In this document: one piece after another, positions 1 through 9,485 of the stretch
Layout: each line of letters begins with the position of its first letter
Numbering within the stretch: position 1 is the first letter of the stretch
Assembly (NCBI GenBank): GCA_050331735.1
Contig: JBHJGN010000006.1
Location: 32,001 to 96,000, forward strand
Length of the DNA stretch: 64,000 nucleotides
Reading direction: 5' to 3'
Source of the DNA: Cyanophyceae cyanobacterium
GTDB lineage: Bacteria; Cyanobacteriota; Cyanobacteriia; Cyanobacteriales; JBHJGN01
Position numbers and translations under genes: made by a program
The notes under the pieces: generated by a model
Seen by the model: the letters and a program-made list of their open reading frames with translations, nothing else
What the model was told of the DNA's origin: nothing
The model's database searches: none

Positions 1-1354
1 TCACCACCTCCTCAACATCAAAACCGTCTCCGAACGGCGGGAAAATATGCTCTGGTTCCGCGTTCCTCCCAAAGTCTATTTTAAGTACGGCTGTTTGCCC
101 GTTGCCCTTCGAGATTTAACCGGCAAGAAGCGAGCCTTTATCATCACCGACAAGCCGCTCTTCGATCTGGGCATGATCAAAGAGGTGACGGATGTGTTAG
201 AGGAACTGCAAATCGAACATCAGGTCTTCTACGATGTCCAGCCCGATCCTACCCTATCCACCATCGAACTAGGCTTAGCGAGAGTCAATACCTTTCAACC
301 CGACGTGATTATTGCCTTTGGGGGCGGTTCGCCGATGGATGCGGCCAAGGTGATCTGGCTGATGTACGAACATCCCGAAGTCGAATTCGACGGCATTGCC
401 ACCCGGTTTATGGACATCCGCAAGCGGGTCTACGAGTTACCAACGCTGGGGAATAAGGCACAGATGGTTGCGATTCCGACGACTTCTGGCACGGGGTCGG
501 AAGTCACTCCCTTCGCCGTAGTCACCGACGACCGCACCGGGATCAAATATCCCCTGGCCGATTATGCCTTAACGCCCCACATGGCGATCGTCGATCCGGA
601 ATTGGTGCTGAATATGCCCAAATCCCTGACAGCCTTTGGCGGCATCGATGCCCTTACCCACGCCCTAGAAGCCTACGTCTCCGTTGTCGCCACAGAATTT
701 ACCAATGGACTGGCACTAGAAGCGATCGGTCTCCTGCTTAACTATCTCCCTCGCGCCTATAGGCTGGGGGCAAAAGACCCCGAAGCGAGGGAAAAAGTTC
801 ATTACGCGGCAACCATTGCCGGCATGGCGTTTGCCAACGCTTTCCTCGGAATCTGCCACTCGATGGCGCATAAACTCGGTTCCTCGTTCCACCTCCCCCA
901 CGGGTTAGCCAATGCGCTCTTAATTACCCACGTCATTCGCTACAACTCCACCGATGCGCCGTTTAAACAGGCGATCTTCCCCCAGTACGAGTATCCCCAT
1001 GCTAAAGAACGGTATGCCCAAATCGCGGATTATCTCCACCTCGGCGGCAGCACTCCTGACGAAAAGGTGGAAAAATTAGTGGAGGCGATCGACAAGCTGA
1101 AGCTGGAAATTGATATTCCCCTTACTATTAAAGAAGCCTTACCGGGAGAGGAACGAGAGTTCTACGAACAAATCGAAGAACTCGCCGAACAAGCCTTTGA
1201 CGATCAGTGTACGGGGGCGAATCCTCGCTATCCGCTCATTAAGGATCTCAAAGAACTCTATACCCTCGCCTATCGTGGCTGTAAAATTAATGCCGCACCG
1301 TATCACGAAGCCGAGGCAGAAGAGGGGCGAGAAATGGCAGGTAGCGTTTCTTAA
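1..1354 (+). CDS. adhE: Bifunctional acetaldehyde-CoA/alcohol dehydrogenase, C-terminal Fe-ADH half (5' end lies outside the window)
   Basis: Frame is open from base 2 (HHLLNIKTVSERRENMLWFRVP, the AdhE linker); GGGSPMDAAK, PTTSGTGSEVT and GICHSMAHKLG Fe-ADH motifs. Confidence 0.95.
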   Translation, partial: HHLLNIKTVSERRENMLWFRVPPKVYFKYGCLPVALRDLTGKKRAFIITDKPLFDLGMIKEVTDVLEELQIEHQVFYDVQPDPTLSTIELGLARVNTFQPDVIIAFGGGSPMDAAKVIWLMYEHPEVEFDGIATRFMDIRKRVYELPTLGNKAQMVAIPTTSGTGSEVTPFAVVTDDRTGIKYPLADYALTPHMAIVDPELVLNMPKSLTAFGGIDALTHALEAYVSVVATEFTNGLALEAIGLLLNYLPRAYRLGAKDPEAREKVHYAATIAGMAFANAFLGICHSMAHKLGSSFHLPHGLANALLITHVIRYNSTDAPFKQAIFPQYEYPHAKERYAQIADYLHLGGSTPDEKVEKLVEAIDKLKLEIDIPLTIKEALPGEEREFYEQIEELAEQAFDDQCTGANPRYPLIKDLKELYTLAYRGCKINAAPYHEAEAEEGREMAGSVS

Positions 1355-1798
1355 TTCTGGGGAGGCGATCACTGACAATCGACGTTGGGCGGCTTCAGAG
1401 AAGCTATCCCCTAAACTAGGGGCTTTCGTCTGTCCGCTCCAACATCGTGCTATCCCCTTTACTAGTATTCAGGGTGATGCGACCCAAGCAAAGAGGGCTA
1501 CATCCTTTTCCCAAACTACGCACTGATCACTCTAGTTTTCAGAATTGGTATCAGAGAACTCAGTTTGCTCTCTACATTTCACAAGTTTACTCAAGCCTAT
1601 TCCCAAGAATTACACCAACAACTAACAGGCACAATTGTTCCTCAAAATCGGGGAAACCAACATATTTCTCTCTTTAGGCAGATCTGCTCATTATCTCGCT
1701 TATACATGGTAATCCTTCCCAATTTGACGGGTACTTTAAGCTAGGTTTCAAAATTTCTAGAAACCTTGGCAAATGTTCAAATTTTGAAGGAAAATCTT

Positions 1799-2326
1799 AT
1801 GAAAGGCATTCTGTTTGTATCTAGTGCAATCGTATCTCTAGGATTAGGGATGACTCCGGCGATCGCCGGACAGCCGGAGGCAGCGAGCGAGTACCTGGCT
1901 GACAACCACATGGACATGGAAGCCATGATGGAAGGCGAAGTGGAGAGAGTAACTGAAACTTCCATTTTCCCGGGCTACGATCTCATTGTCGTCAGCGGAC
2001 CTGGCGAAGATAAATACTACACCTTTTACGCTAAAGATGCTGATTTAGAAGTAGGAGATGAAGTCTATTTCTCCGACAATCTGCTGTACCTCGATGACGA
2101 AGCTCAAACCGTAATTGCCGAAAGCTACATGATGACGAGAAAAGCTTACTACGACAGCGTAGAAGCGATGAGCGAATCCGTCACCGTTGTTGAAGAGCGC
2201 CGCGTCGAGATGGAAGATGATGTCATCGTTGATCGTCCTCAGGTAGAGCGCCGCACTACTGTTTACGAAGCACAACCTACCAGAGTTAAAACCAGACCAG
2301 ACGCTCCTGTGAGAGGACTATGGTAA
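1799..2326 (+). CDS. Secreted acidic hypothetical protein ending in PVRGLW
   Basis: Signal peptide MKGILFVSSAIVSLGLGMTPAIA; low-complexity E/R/P tail ending PVRGLW. ATG at 1799 preferred over TTG at 1766. Confidence 0.75.
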   Translation: MKGILFVSSAIVSLGLGMTPAIAGQPEAASEYLADNHMDMEAMMEGEVERVTETSIFPGYDLIVVSGPGEDKYYTFYAKDADLEVGDEVYFSDNLLYLDDEAQTVIAESYMMTRKAYYDSVEAMSESVTVVEERRVEMEDDVIVDRPQVERRTTVYEAQPTRVKTRPDAPVRGLW

Positions 2327-2361
2327 TTCTACTTCCTAGAAGGTTGCGCCTATAAAAAGAG

Positions 2362-2511
2362 TGGGGAAGGGGGAAGCGCCACGGGCGCAGGGAAAAGGGG
2401 AAAGGGGAAGGGGAAAAGGAATGAATTATATAGCTTGTTCCTTAACCCTGTGTTCTTGCTCCGTCCCGGAGAGACAGATTTCCCCTTCCCCTTTCCCCGT
2501 CGCGAAGCGAC
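2362..2511. repeat. Intergenic repeat family B, copy 1 (GGGGAAA arm, conserved core, TTTCCCC arm)
   Basis: Aligns by eye with 7604-7737 (GCGCAGGGAAAAGGGG..AATGAAT..AGCTT.TTCCTTA.C.CTGTGTT..CCGTCCC...GACAG.TTTCCC); lies between convergent genes. Confidence 0.75.
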
Positions 2512-2512
2512 A

Positions 2513-3007
2513 CTACACTCGTCGTCCTAAAATCGCTAAATCTCGCTCAACACCGTCGAGTTCTGCAACCTTGGGAAGGTAGCCCCACTGTTGAAACTTG
2601 AATTTATGGAATAATTGTAAACTGGGGCGATTGTGGGCAAAGATCATGGCTAGTAACGTATTGAGTCCGAGGTGAGGACTTTGTGTGATCGCTTGCTCGA
2701 GCAAGCTTTGTCCAATACCTTGACGACGATAGTCAGGGGAAACATAGATACTCAGTTCGGCGGTACGGTGGTAGGCTGGACGACCGTAGAAATCGTTGAA
2801 GCTGAGCCAGCCGGCAATTTCTTCCTGCTTTTCCATCACCCACAGAGGATGAGTGGCAGTATGACGATCGAACCAATCTTGACGACTGGCAACAGAAATT
2901 GGCTCTAAATCGGCTGTGGCTAGACGGCTTGGAATACTGGCATTGTAAATTTCGATAATAGCGGGCAAATCAGCGTTGACAGCATTGCGGATGAGGTAAT
3001 CAGGCAT
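2513..3007 (-). CDS. GNAT N-acetyltransferase, YncA/phosphinothricin acetyltransferase-like
   Basis: IIEIYN...ATAD, SIYVSPDYRRQGIG acetyl-CoA motif, HNRPSLQLF. Confidence 0.9.
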   Translation of the reverse strand: MPDYLIRNAVNADLPAIIEIYNASIPSRLATADLEPISVASRQDWFDRHTATHPLWVMEKQEEIAGWLSFNDFYGRPAYHRTAELSIYVSPDYRRQGIGQSLLEQAITQSPHLGLNTLLAMIFAHNRPSLQLFHKFKFQQWGYLPKVAELDGVERDLAILGRRV

Positions 3008-3035
3008 TCTCGGAGAAGACAGGAGTCGGAAGTTA

Positions 3036-3162
3036 TACCAATTAGAAAAAGTAATAGGAGACTTGATGAGTTGGGGGAAAGGGAAGCACAGCAGCTCTTT
3101 GCCCTTGAACCTCCAATGCTTAGTTAGTTTGGGAACTATCTGACTCCTTTCGGTAAATGGTA
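3036..3162. mobile_element. MITE family A, copy 1 (127 bp)
   Basis: Ends TACCAATT...AAATGGTA (imperfect TIR), flanked by TTA on both sides; near-identical to 5548-5682 and 16289-16436. Confidence 0.85.
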
Positions 3163-3320
3163 TTAGAAGTCAAAAATCAGCAGGACAACTTTGCACTCGT
3201 CTTGAGACTACTGATGTGTTCTGCTCTTTCTGACTATCGCTATAGTATTACCTGGCATAGATGCAGATTCGTTACGGTTTTGTTTAGATCAAATCAGTAT
3301 TAGGATTGACTACACAAAAC

Positions 3321-5393
3321 ATGACCACAGAGAATCTTTCAGTCCCGACTGCCCCACGCGCTTCAAAGCAGCCTCAAATACTAGTCAAACACGGAGACGA
3401 GCGAGTAGACAACTACTTCTGGCTGCGAGAGCGAGAAAATCCAGAAACCATTGCTTATTTAGAAGCCGAAAACGCCTATACCAAAGAGCAAATGAAGCAC
3501 ACCGAGGCGCTTCAGGAAAGACTTTACAAAGAGATGCTCGGGCGCATTAAAGAAACAGATCTTTCCGTTCCTTATCGCCTCGACGATTACTATTACTACT
3601 CTCGCACCGAAGAAGGCAAAGCTTACTCCATCTTCTGCCGCAAACAGGGAAGTCTAGACGCGGCTGAACAGGTACTGCTCGATCAAAATCAGCTTGCGGA
3701 AGGGCAGGAATTTTTTAGCGTGGGAGTCTTAGCGATTAGTCCTAATCATCAACTGCTTGCCTACTCTACCGATACGTCGGGAGCCGAGCAGTATACGCTG
3801 TGCTTCTTGGATCTAGAGACGGGGAAACTCTATTCAGAACAGATTGCCGACACCTACTACTCCTTTGCCTGGGGTAACGACAATCGCACGGTCTTCTACA
3901 CTAAAGTCGATGAGACGAATCGTCCGTACCAACTCTGGCGACACGAACTGGGAACCGATCCCAATCAGGATATGCTAGTTCATCAAGAAGACGACGAAGC
4001 GTACTTTTTAGCCGTGGGGAGAACTCGCTCCAAAGAGTTTATTTTGATGGAGTTGGGGAGTCAGGTTACGACAGAAGTCCATTATTTAGAGGCCAACGCC
4101 CCGACCGACTCTTTTCGGGTGATTCATCCCCGTCAGCCGGGCATGGAATACTCGGTGGAGCACTGGCGCGATCGCTTTTACATCGTCACCAACGACGAGG
4201 CGATTAACTTTAAGCTAATGACAGCTCCCGTCGCCTCTCCTGCTAAGGAAAACTGGGAAACCGTCATTCCCCATCGAGAAGACATAATGCTCTCGGGGGT
4301 GAGTGCCTTTGCCGATCATTTAGTGATTGCTGAAAGAACCGGGGGACTGCCCACGGTGCGAGTGCAGAAGCTGTCTACCACCCAAGAAACCTCGCTAGAG
4401 TTTCCAGAGCCCACCTATGCTGTGTTTGAAGGCAATAATCCCGAATTTAACAGCACCATCTGGCGGTTCACCTATACCTCGATGATTACTCCGGCTTCTG
4501 TGTTTGACTACAACATGGAAACCGGACATCGGGAACTCAAAAAAGAGACGGAAGTGCTCGGCGGCTATGATCGCACTCAGTACGCGAGTGAATGGCTGAT
4601 GGCTACCGCCAGCGATGGCGCTCAAGTGCCGATTTCCCTGGTGTATAGGAAGGGGATCGAAAAGGATGGCTCTAACCCGCTGTGGCTGACAGGATACGGC
4701 TCCTATGGTTTTCCTTACCCGGCCACGTTTTCTTCTACTCGACTGTCGTTGCTCGATCGGGGAGTCGTGTTTGCGATCGCTCACATTCGCGGTGGCGGCG
4801 ATATCGGACGTAAGTGGTATGAAGATGGCAAGTTTTTAAAGAAGAAAAATACCTTTACCGATTTTATTGCCTGTGCTGAATCTTTAATCGCTCAAGGATG
4901 GACCCGTTCGGATTCTCTAGTCGTTTCCGGCGGCAGTGCCGGCGGGTTGCTGATGGGAGCGGTGATGAATCTACGTCCCGATCTGTTTAGGATAGTCGTT
5001 GCCGATGTTCCGTTTGTGGATGTAGTGACAACGATTTTAGATACGTCTTTGCCCCTCACGGTCATCGAGTGGGATGAGTGGGGAAACCCCAACGAGCCAG
5101 AGTACTATGACTATATCAAATCCTATTCTCCCTACGACAATGTCGCAGCACAAGACTACCCCACTGTGCTGATCACGGCTGGCTTAAACGATTCCCGGGT
5201 TAAATACTGGGAGCCTGCTAAATGGACTGCTAAACTAAGAGATCTGAAAACCGATGACAATCAGTTGCTGCTCAAAACCAATATGGGAGCCGGACACGGC
5301 GGTGCATCAGGACGCTATGAGAGTTTGAAAGAATTGGCGTTTGAGTATGCCTTCGTGCTAGATCAACTAGGATTGAGTACTATCGCTCACTAG
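3321..5393 (+). CDS. ptrB: Oligopeptidase B (peptidase S9A)
   Basis: HGDERVDNYFWLR N-terminus, GGSAGG catalytic Ser, DSRV Asp, GHGG His. Confidence 0.95.
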   Translation: MTTENLSVPTAPRASKQPQILVKHGDERVDNYFWLRERENPETIAYLEAENAYTKEQMKHTEALQERLYKEMLGRIKETDLSVPYRLDDYYYYSRTEEGKAYSIFCRKQGSLDAAEQVLLDQNQLAEGQEFFSVGVLAISPNHQLLAYSTDTSGAEQYTLCFLDLETGKLYSEQIADTYYSFAWGNDNRTVFYTKVDETNRPYQLWRHELGTDPNQDMLVHQEDDEAYFLAVGRTRSKEFILMELGSQVTTEVHYLEANAPTDSFRVIHPRQPGMEYSVEHWRDRFYIVTNDEAINFKLMTAPVASPAKENWETVIPHREDIMLSGVSAFADHLVIAERTGGLPTVRVQKLSTTQETSLEFPEPTYAVFEGNNPEFNSTIWRFTYTSMITPASVFDYNMETGHRELKKETEVLGGYDRTQYASEWLMATASDGAQVPISLVYRKGIEKDGSNPLWLTGYGSYGFPYPATFSSTRLSLLDRGVVFAIAHIRGGGDIGRKWYEDGKFLKKKNTFTDFIACAESLIAQGWTRSDSLVVSGGSAGGLLMGAVMNLRPDLFRIVVADVPFVDVVTTILDTSLPLTVIEWDEWGNPNEPEYYDYIKSYSPYDNVAAQDYPTVLITAGLNDSRVKYWEPAKWTAKLRDLKTDDNQLLLKTNMGAGHGGASGRYESLKELAFEYAFVLDQLGLSTIAH

Positions 5394-5448
5394 TTATGAG
5401 TTGTTTAACGGCCACAGACACAGGGCATCGGAACGAACAACTCATAAC
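5393..5448 (+). terminator. Inverted repeat directly after the ptrB stop (possible 3' stem-loop)
   Basis: GTTATGAGTTGTT (5393-5405) and AACAACTCATAAC (5436-5448) form a perfect 13-bp inverted repeat; large loop, no clear U-tract. Confidence 0.4.
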
Positions 5449-5547
5449 GGCGGTCGGACGGTCGTTCTTTTCTTCTGAAACGCGCAAAGTTTCCGACTGC
5501 TTTCTGATTAAAGTTAAGTCACTCAATCAAAAGCAAAAAAACTCTTA

Positions 5548-5682
5548 TACCAATTAGAAGAAGTAATAGGAGACTTGATGAGTTGGGGGAAAGGGGAAAG
5601 GGACGCACAGCAGCTCTTTGCCCTTGAACCTCCAATGCTTGGTGAGTTTAAGGAACTCTCTGACTACTTTCGGTAAATGGTA
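5548..5682. mobile_element. MITE family A, copy 2 (135 bp)
   Basis: Same TIRs; TTA at 5545-5547 and 5683-5685; one extra GGGGAAA unit relative to copy 1. Confidence 0.85.
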
Positions 5683-5806
5683 TTACCTTTTAGGCTAAGA
5701 TTCCCAAAAGTCACTTCTTATTCAGCAAGATCTGTCTGAAGATCGGGGACAAAAAAACCTCATTCGTTCTACGGTGAGCTAATTGAGCGAAAGAGGAAAG
5801 AGATAA

Positions 5807-6556
5807 ATGGTTCCACTCAAGGATGAAAATCCGACAAGAATTACTCCCTATGTTACCTATGCATTGATTGTCATAAATGTTGTAGTGTTTATCTACGAAA
5901 TTGGCCTTGCTCCCAATCAACTCGATGGGTTCTTTCATCTGTTTGCTGTCGTTCCGAGGGAATTAACGGCAAGTTTCAACGGAATCGACGTTCATCAGCC
6001 TGTTCCAGAGTCTCTCACCCTGATTACCTCTCAATTTCTCCACGCTGGCTTTGCTCACGTGGGTTTTAATATGCTGTTTCTCTATATTTTTGGGAACAAT
6101 ATTGAGGAGCAGCTCGGACGCGTGAAATATCTCATTTTTTACCTTGCCTGCGGCGTATTAGCGGGTTTAAGCCAGTGGTTTTTCTCGGCCATGTCGGATA
6201 TTCCCTCCCTAGGAGCCAGTGGGGCGATCGCCGGAGTGATGGGAGCCTACATTCTGCGTTTTCCGGCTGCTAAAATTGTTACCTTAGTTCCTTTGGGATT
6301 CTTTTTTCCGACCTTTCGAGTTCCGGCGGTATTCTTTCTCGGCTTTTGGTTTCTAGAGCAAGCTTTAAACGGCATTGCTTCTTTTGAAGTAGCGGCTAAT
6401 GTGGGCATGGAAAGTGGCGGTGTTGCTTACTGGGCACACGCTGGCGGATTTATCTTTGGGGCCATTCTTGGTCCTCTGCTGGGTTTGTTTCCCAAGGAAA
6501 CAGGGACGGAGACTGGTGCGCTGCCAACAGATTCTTCAAAACCTTACTATCAATAG
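5807..6556 (+). CDS. Rhomboid family intramembrane serine protease
   Basis: FLHAGFAHVGFNMLFL, GASGA catalytic Ser, WAHAGG catalytic His. Confidence 0.95.
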   Translation: MVPLKDENPTRITPYVTYALIVINVVVFIYEIGLAPNQLDGFFHLFAVVPRELTASFNGIDVHQPVPESLTLITSQFLHAGFAHVGFNMLFLYIFGNNIEEQLGRVKYLIFYLACGVLAGLSQWFFSAMSDIPSLGASGAIAGVMGAYILRFPAAKIVTLVPLGFFFPTFRVPAVFFLGFWFLEQALNGIASFEVAANVGMESGGVAYWAHAGGFIFGAILGPLLGLFPKETGTETGALPTDSSKPYYQ

Positions 6557-6800
6557 GTAACAAGCTTGCGTTCGCTCCTAGCTATTCCTAAATTGGCAAA
6601 AGTGTAAGACAATACAGTTCACAACAAGAATTAAGTCGGCAATGTTACCGCTTCTATTTATTTGTGGCTTAAGATAGCCAAGCTTCAGGTTTCTGTTCAA
6701 GAAAACAACTTAATCAAAGCCTCATTTTCTTGCCATTGATAGGCTTTTGAATTGTAAATTCTTGTTGTGTGTGTTGTGAGTTGCTCTGTGATGAACCGCC

Positions 6801-7568
6801 ATGTCTCTGTTTAAGGTGCCAAAAACGTACAGCCTACTGAGTATTGGTCAAAGAGGTGTAGGAAAGACAGTATTTTTGGCAGGGAGTTATGCCGAGTTTT
6901 TGGCCAACCGACAGCAATACCGTTCTCAGCAGCTTTGGTTAGATTGCCAAGAACGTCAAGCGCAGGAGGCAATGAACAATCTTCTGCGCTACATTGTACA
7001 AACTGGTCGCTATCCGCCTTTAACGGCAAGCATTACCAACTTCAACTTTAGCCTCAAGCAACACCGGGGAGAGGGGGAGCAGACCTTGTGCCGTTTTCGC
7101 TGGTGGGATATGCCCGGTGAGTTGTGTAGCTTCGACAGTTCCGAGTTCCGTCAGTTAGTGTTTAGTTCCCACGGTTGTTGTGTCTTCATCGATGCTGAGG
7201 CTCTTGTGTATGAACCTGACTATCAACTTCAGCTCGATCGACTCATGGAGCAGGTCATCCCCATCATTATGCTAATTCATTTCAACCGACTCAACTATCC
7301 CGTGGCTCTGCTGTTAACCAAATGTGATTCTTTAGCTAACACAGCAGCTCGCCAGCAACTGCAAGAGAAGATTGAGATGATTACGAATCAGTGGAAGCTG
7401 TTGGAAATCAATCATCGCACCTTTTGCTTGGAGATTCCGATCCTGAATACGGAAAAGGGATTTTCTTTGCAAGCCAAGGGAACCTCTCAGGTACTGCTGT
7501 GGTTACTGAGCGAGATCGAAAAAATCGCTCAAAAAGGACAAAAGCTTCACTCTACCAAGGTTTGCTAG
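6801..7568 (+). CDS. Stand-alone TRAFAC-class GTPase domain protein
   Basis: G1 GQRGVGKT, G2 T (PPLT), G3 DMPG, G4 TKCD. Confidence 0.8.
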   Translation: MSLFKVPKTYSLLSIGQRGVGKTVFLAGSYAEFLANRQQYRSQQLWLDCQERQAQEAMNNLLRYIVQTGRYPPLTASITNFNFSLKQHRGEGEQTLCRFRWWDMPGELCSFDSSEFRQLVFSSHGCCVFIDAEALVYEPDYQLQLDRLMEQVIPIIMLIHFNRLNYPVALLLTKCDSLANTAARQQLQEKIEMITNQWKLLEINHRTFCLEIPILNTEKGFSLQAKGTSQVLLWLLSEIEKIAQKGQKLHSTKVC

Positions 7569-7603
7569 CAAGCTAGCTGCTTGGTCGCTATCCTGCTGCA
7601 AAA

Positions 7604-7737
7604 GCCGGGGGCAGGCGCAGGGAAAAGGGGAAGGAGAGAATGAATCAGCTTATTCCTTAGCTCTGTGTTTTTCCCCGTCCCGCAGGGACAGTTTTCCCTT
7701 TCCCCGTTCCGCTGGAACTTTCCCCTTTCCCATCCCA
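7604..7737. repeat. Intergenic repeat family B, copy 2 (overlaps the phnI 3' end)
   Basis: Homologous to 2362-2511; contains mini-hairpins GTCCCGCAGGGAC and GTTCCGCTGGAAC. Confidence 0.75.
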
Positions 7738-8796
7738 GGAGGACTCCCGCATCTTCCGCAGCATGTTTAATTCTGCTTGAAAGTCGATATAGTGCGGTAG
7801 CTTGAGGTGTTGCACAAACCCCTGGGCCTCTACGTTATCAGAATGGTACAGGACAAACTCTTCGTCCTGGGCAGGTCCACTGACTTCTTCTCCTAGCTCT
7901 TGGCAGCGCATGGCCCGGTCTACCAGAGCCATTGACATAGCCTTGCGTTCGTTGTAGCCAAACGTCAGTCCGTAGCCGCGAGTAAACTGAGGGGGAACTT
8001 CTTTGCTTCCCTTGAACTGATTGACCATTTGAACTTCAGTGATGGTGATCTCTGCGATCGCCACCTCAAATCCTAACTCTTCCGGGCAAACGATCACCTC
8101 TACCTCACCCATGCGAATTTCGCCAGCAAAGGGATGGTTCTTTCCGTAACCGCGCTGGGTCGAATAGGCCAGCCCGAGCAAAAAACCTTCATCAGCGCGG
8201 GCCAAATTCTGGAGGCGAGCATCCCGTTCCGCTGGTGTTGAGAGAGGTTTTCGAGTCAGATCGAAAGGCGACTCGTTGTGCGCGTCTTCCTCTTCGATTA
8301 AGCCTTCTTGTCCTAGAGTATCAACAATTCTGGGGACATCGGTGGGTAATGCGGACTGCTCTTCCGGGGCTAGGGGCGCACGGCCTTCGGCTGCTAGCTT
8401 AAAATCTAACAGACGATGAATGTAATCAAACGTCGGTCCGAGCTGCTGACCTCCAGGCACATCTTTAAAAATCGAAGAAATCCGTCGCCGAAGCTGCATC
8501 TTGCCGGTATCAAGAGGCTGCGAGTAGTAAAAACGGGGCAGAGTGGTGCGGTACGCCCTCAGCAAAAAGATTGCTTCTACTAGATCTCCCCAAGACTGCT
8601 TGATCGCCAGTGCGGCTAAATCAGGATCGTACAAGCTCCCTTCACACATCACTCGATCCACCGCGAGAGCAAGCTGCTGCCGAATTTGCGCTACGCTCAG
8701 TTCAGGAATTTTCCGGTCTCCTCGCCGCGATGCCTCCAACAAAGTTTCGGCATTCTCAATTGCCTGTTCTCCCCCCTTAACGGCAACATAGGGCAT
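7657..8796 (-). CDS. phnI: C-P lyase complex subunit PhnI
   Basis: YVAVKGGEQAI N-terminus, EAIFLLRAYRTTLPR, GFVQHLKLPHYIDFQAEL. Confidence 0.97.
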   Translation of the reverse strand: MPYVAVKGGEQAIENAETLLEASRRGDRKIPELSVAQIRQQLALAVDRVMCEGSLYDPDLAALAIKQSWGDLVEAIFLLRAYRTTLPRFYYSQPLDTGKMQLRRRISSIFKDVPGGQQLGPTFDYIHRLLDFKLAAEGRAPLAPEEQSALPTDVPRIVDTLGQEGLIEEEDAHNESPFDLTRKPLSTPAERDARLQNLARADEGFLLGLAYSTQRGYGKNHPFAGEIRMGEVEVIVCPEELGFEVAIAEITITEVQMVNQFKGSKEVPPQFTRGYGLTFGYNERKAMSMALVDRAMRCQELGEEVSGPAQDEEFVLYHSDNVEAQGFVQHLKLPHYIDFQAELNMLRKMRESSWDGKGESSSGTGKGKTVPAGRGKTQS

Positions 8797-8834
8797 ATTA
8801 AGTTCTCCTTAAAGAAATTGTTGATAGTTGGTGG

Positions 8835-9413
8835 TTAATTGGTTGCAGAAGTAGTTCTTGGTAAAGCGATCACCGCTGCTTGAGTGAAGAAGTAACAGTC
8901 TACTCCTAAAGGGTACGCCTGAACGTTTTCTGACCATTGCTCCCAAAAAGATACCGGGGTAGCAATCTGCAACGATCTTTCTTTTAAAATACCAGGCCCT
9001 GTCAAGCTTACCAATTGGCCTTGCTCGAAACTCTCAACCTGAATGAGCAGGCTGGTCGAGTTTTCGGGCTGTTCTGCTGTTCCCCAGTTAAAAGCTGCCA
9101 GTGGAGGCATTTCCTTCGTATCTTGAATCACGGCAAAATCTGCCCCTTGCCGCTCATCCGTAAATCGACAGCCAGTATGAAAGAGCAACCACGCTTGCAC
9201 CTCTGCCTCAAATCTTGGCTGTAGCCAGACGCTTGTTTCTAAATCTAATAAAGTCAAACAAGCCGCAGCACAGGCGGGAGTCAAACCCGCAGGAGGCGTG
9301 ATGGCGGCTGAAATTGGCTGAATCGTTCCTGGCTCAGAGAGCGCCTTTAGCAACGCCCGAAACGTCGTCTGCGAATCGTGAACTAGGTGATGAAAGCCGG
9401 GAAGAGTGGTCAT
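8835..9413 (-). CDS. phnH: C-P lyase system protein PhnH
   Basis: PGF..VHDSQTTFRALLKALSEPG, LTLLDLET, LTGPGI, YPLGVD, LPRT; start taken at MTTLPG. Confidence 0.93.
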   Translation of the reverse strand: MTTLPGFHHLVHDSQTTFRALLKALSEPGTIQPISAAITPPAGLTPACAAACLTLLDLETSVWLQPRFEAEVQAWLLFHTGCRFTDERQGADFAVIQDTKEMPPLAAFNWGTAEQPENSTSLLIQVESFEQGQLVSLTGPGILKERSLQIATPVSFWEQWSENVQAYPLGVDCYFFTQAAVIALPRTTSATN

Positions 9414-9485
9414 GGGGTGAGTCGTTATCAGTGACCAATGAACAATCAACAATTAGCAGGTACTATAAACAGCCAAGGAGATTAT

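Noticed and set aside
2361..2582. 73-aa ORF MGKGEAPRAQGKG...
   Set aside because: Translation of the GGGGAAA repeat element; it overlaps the GNAT gene on the opposite strand.
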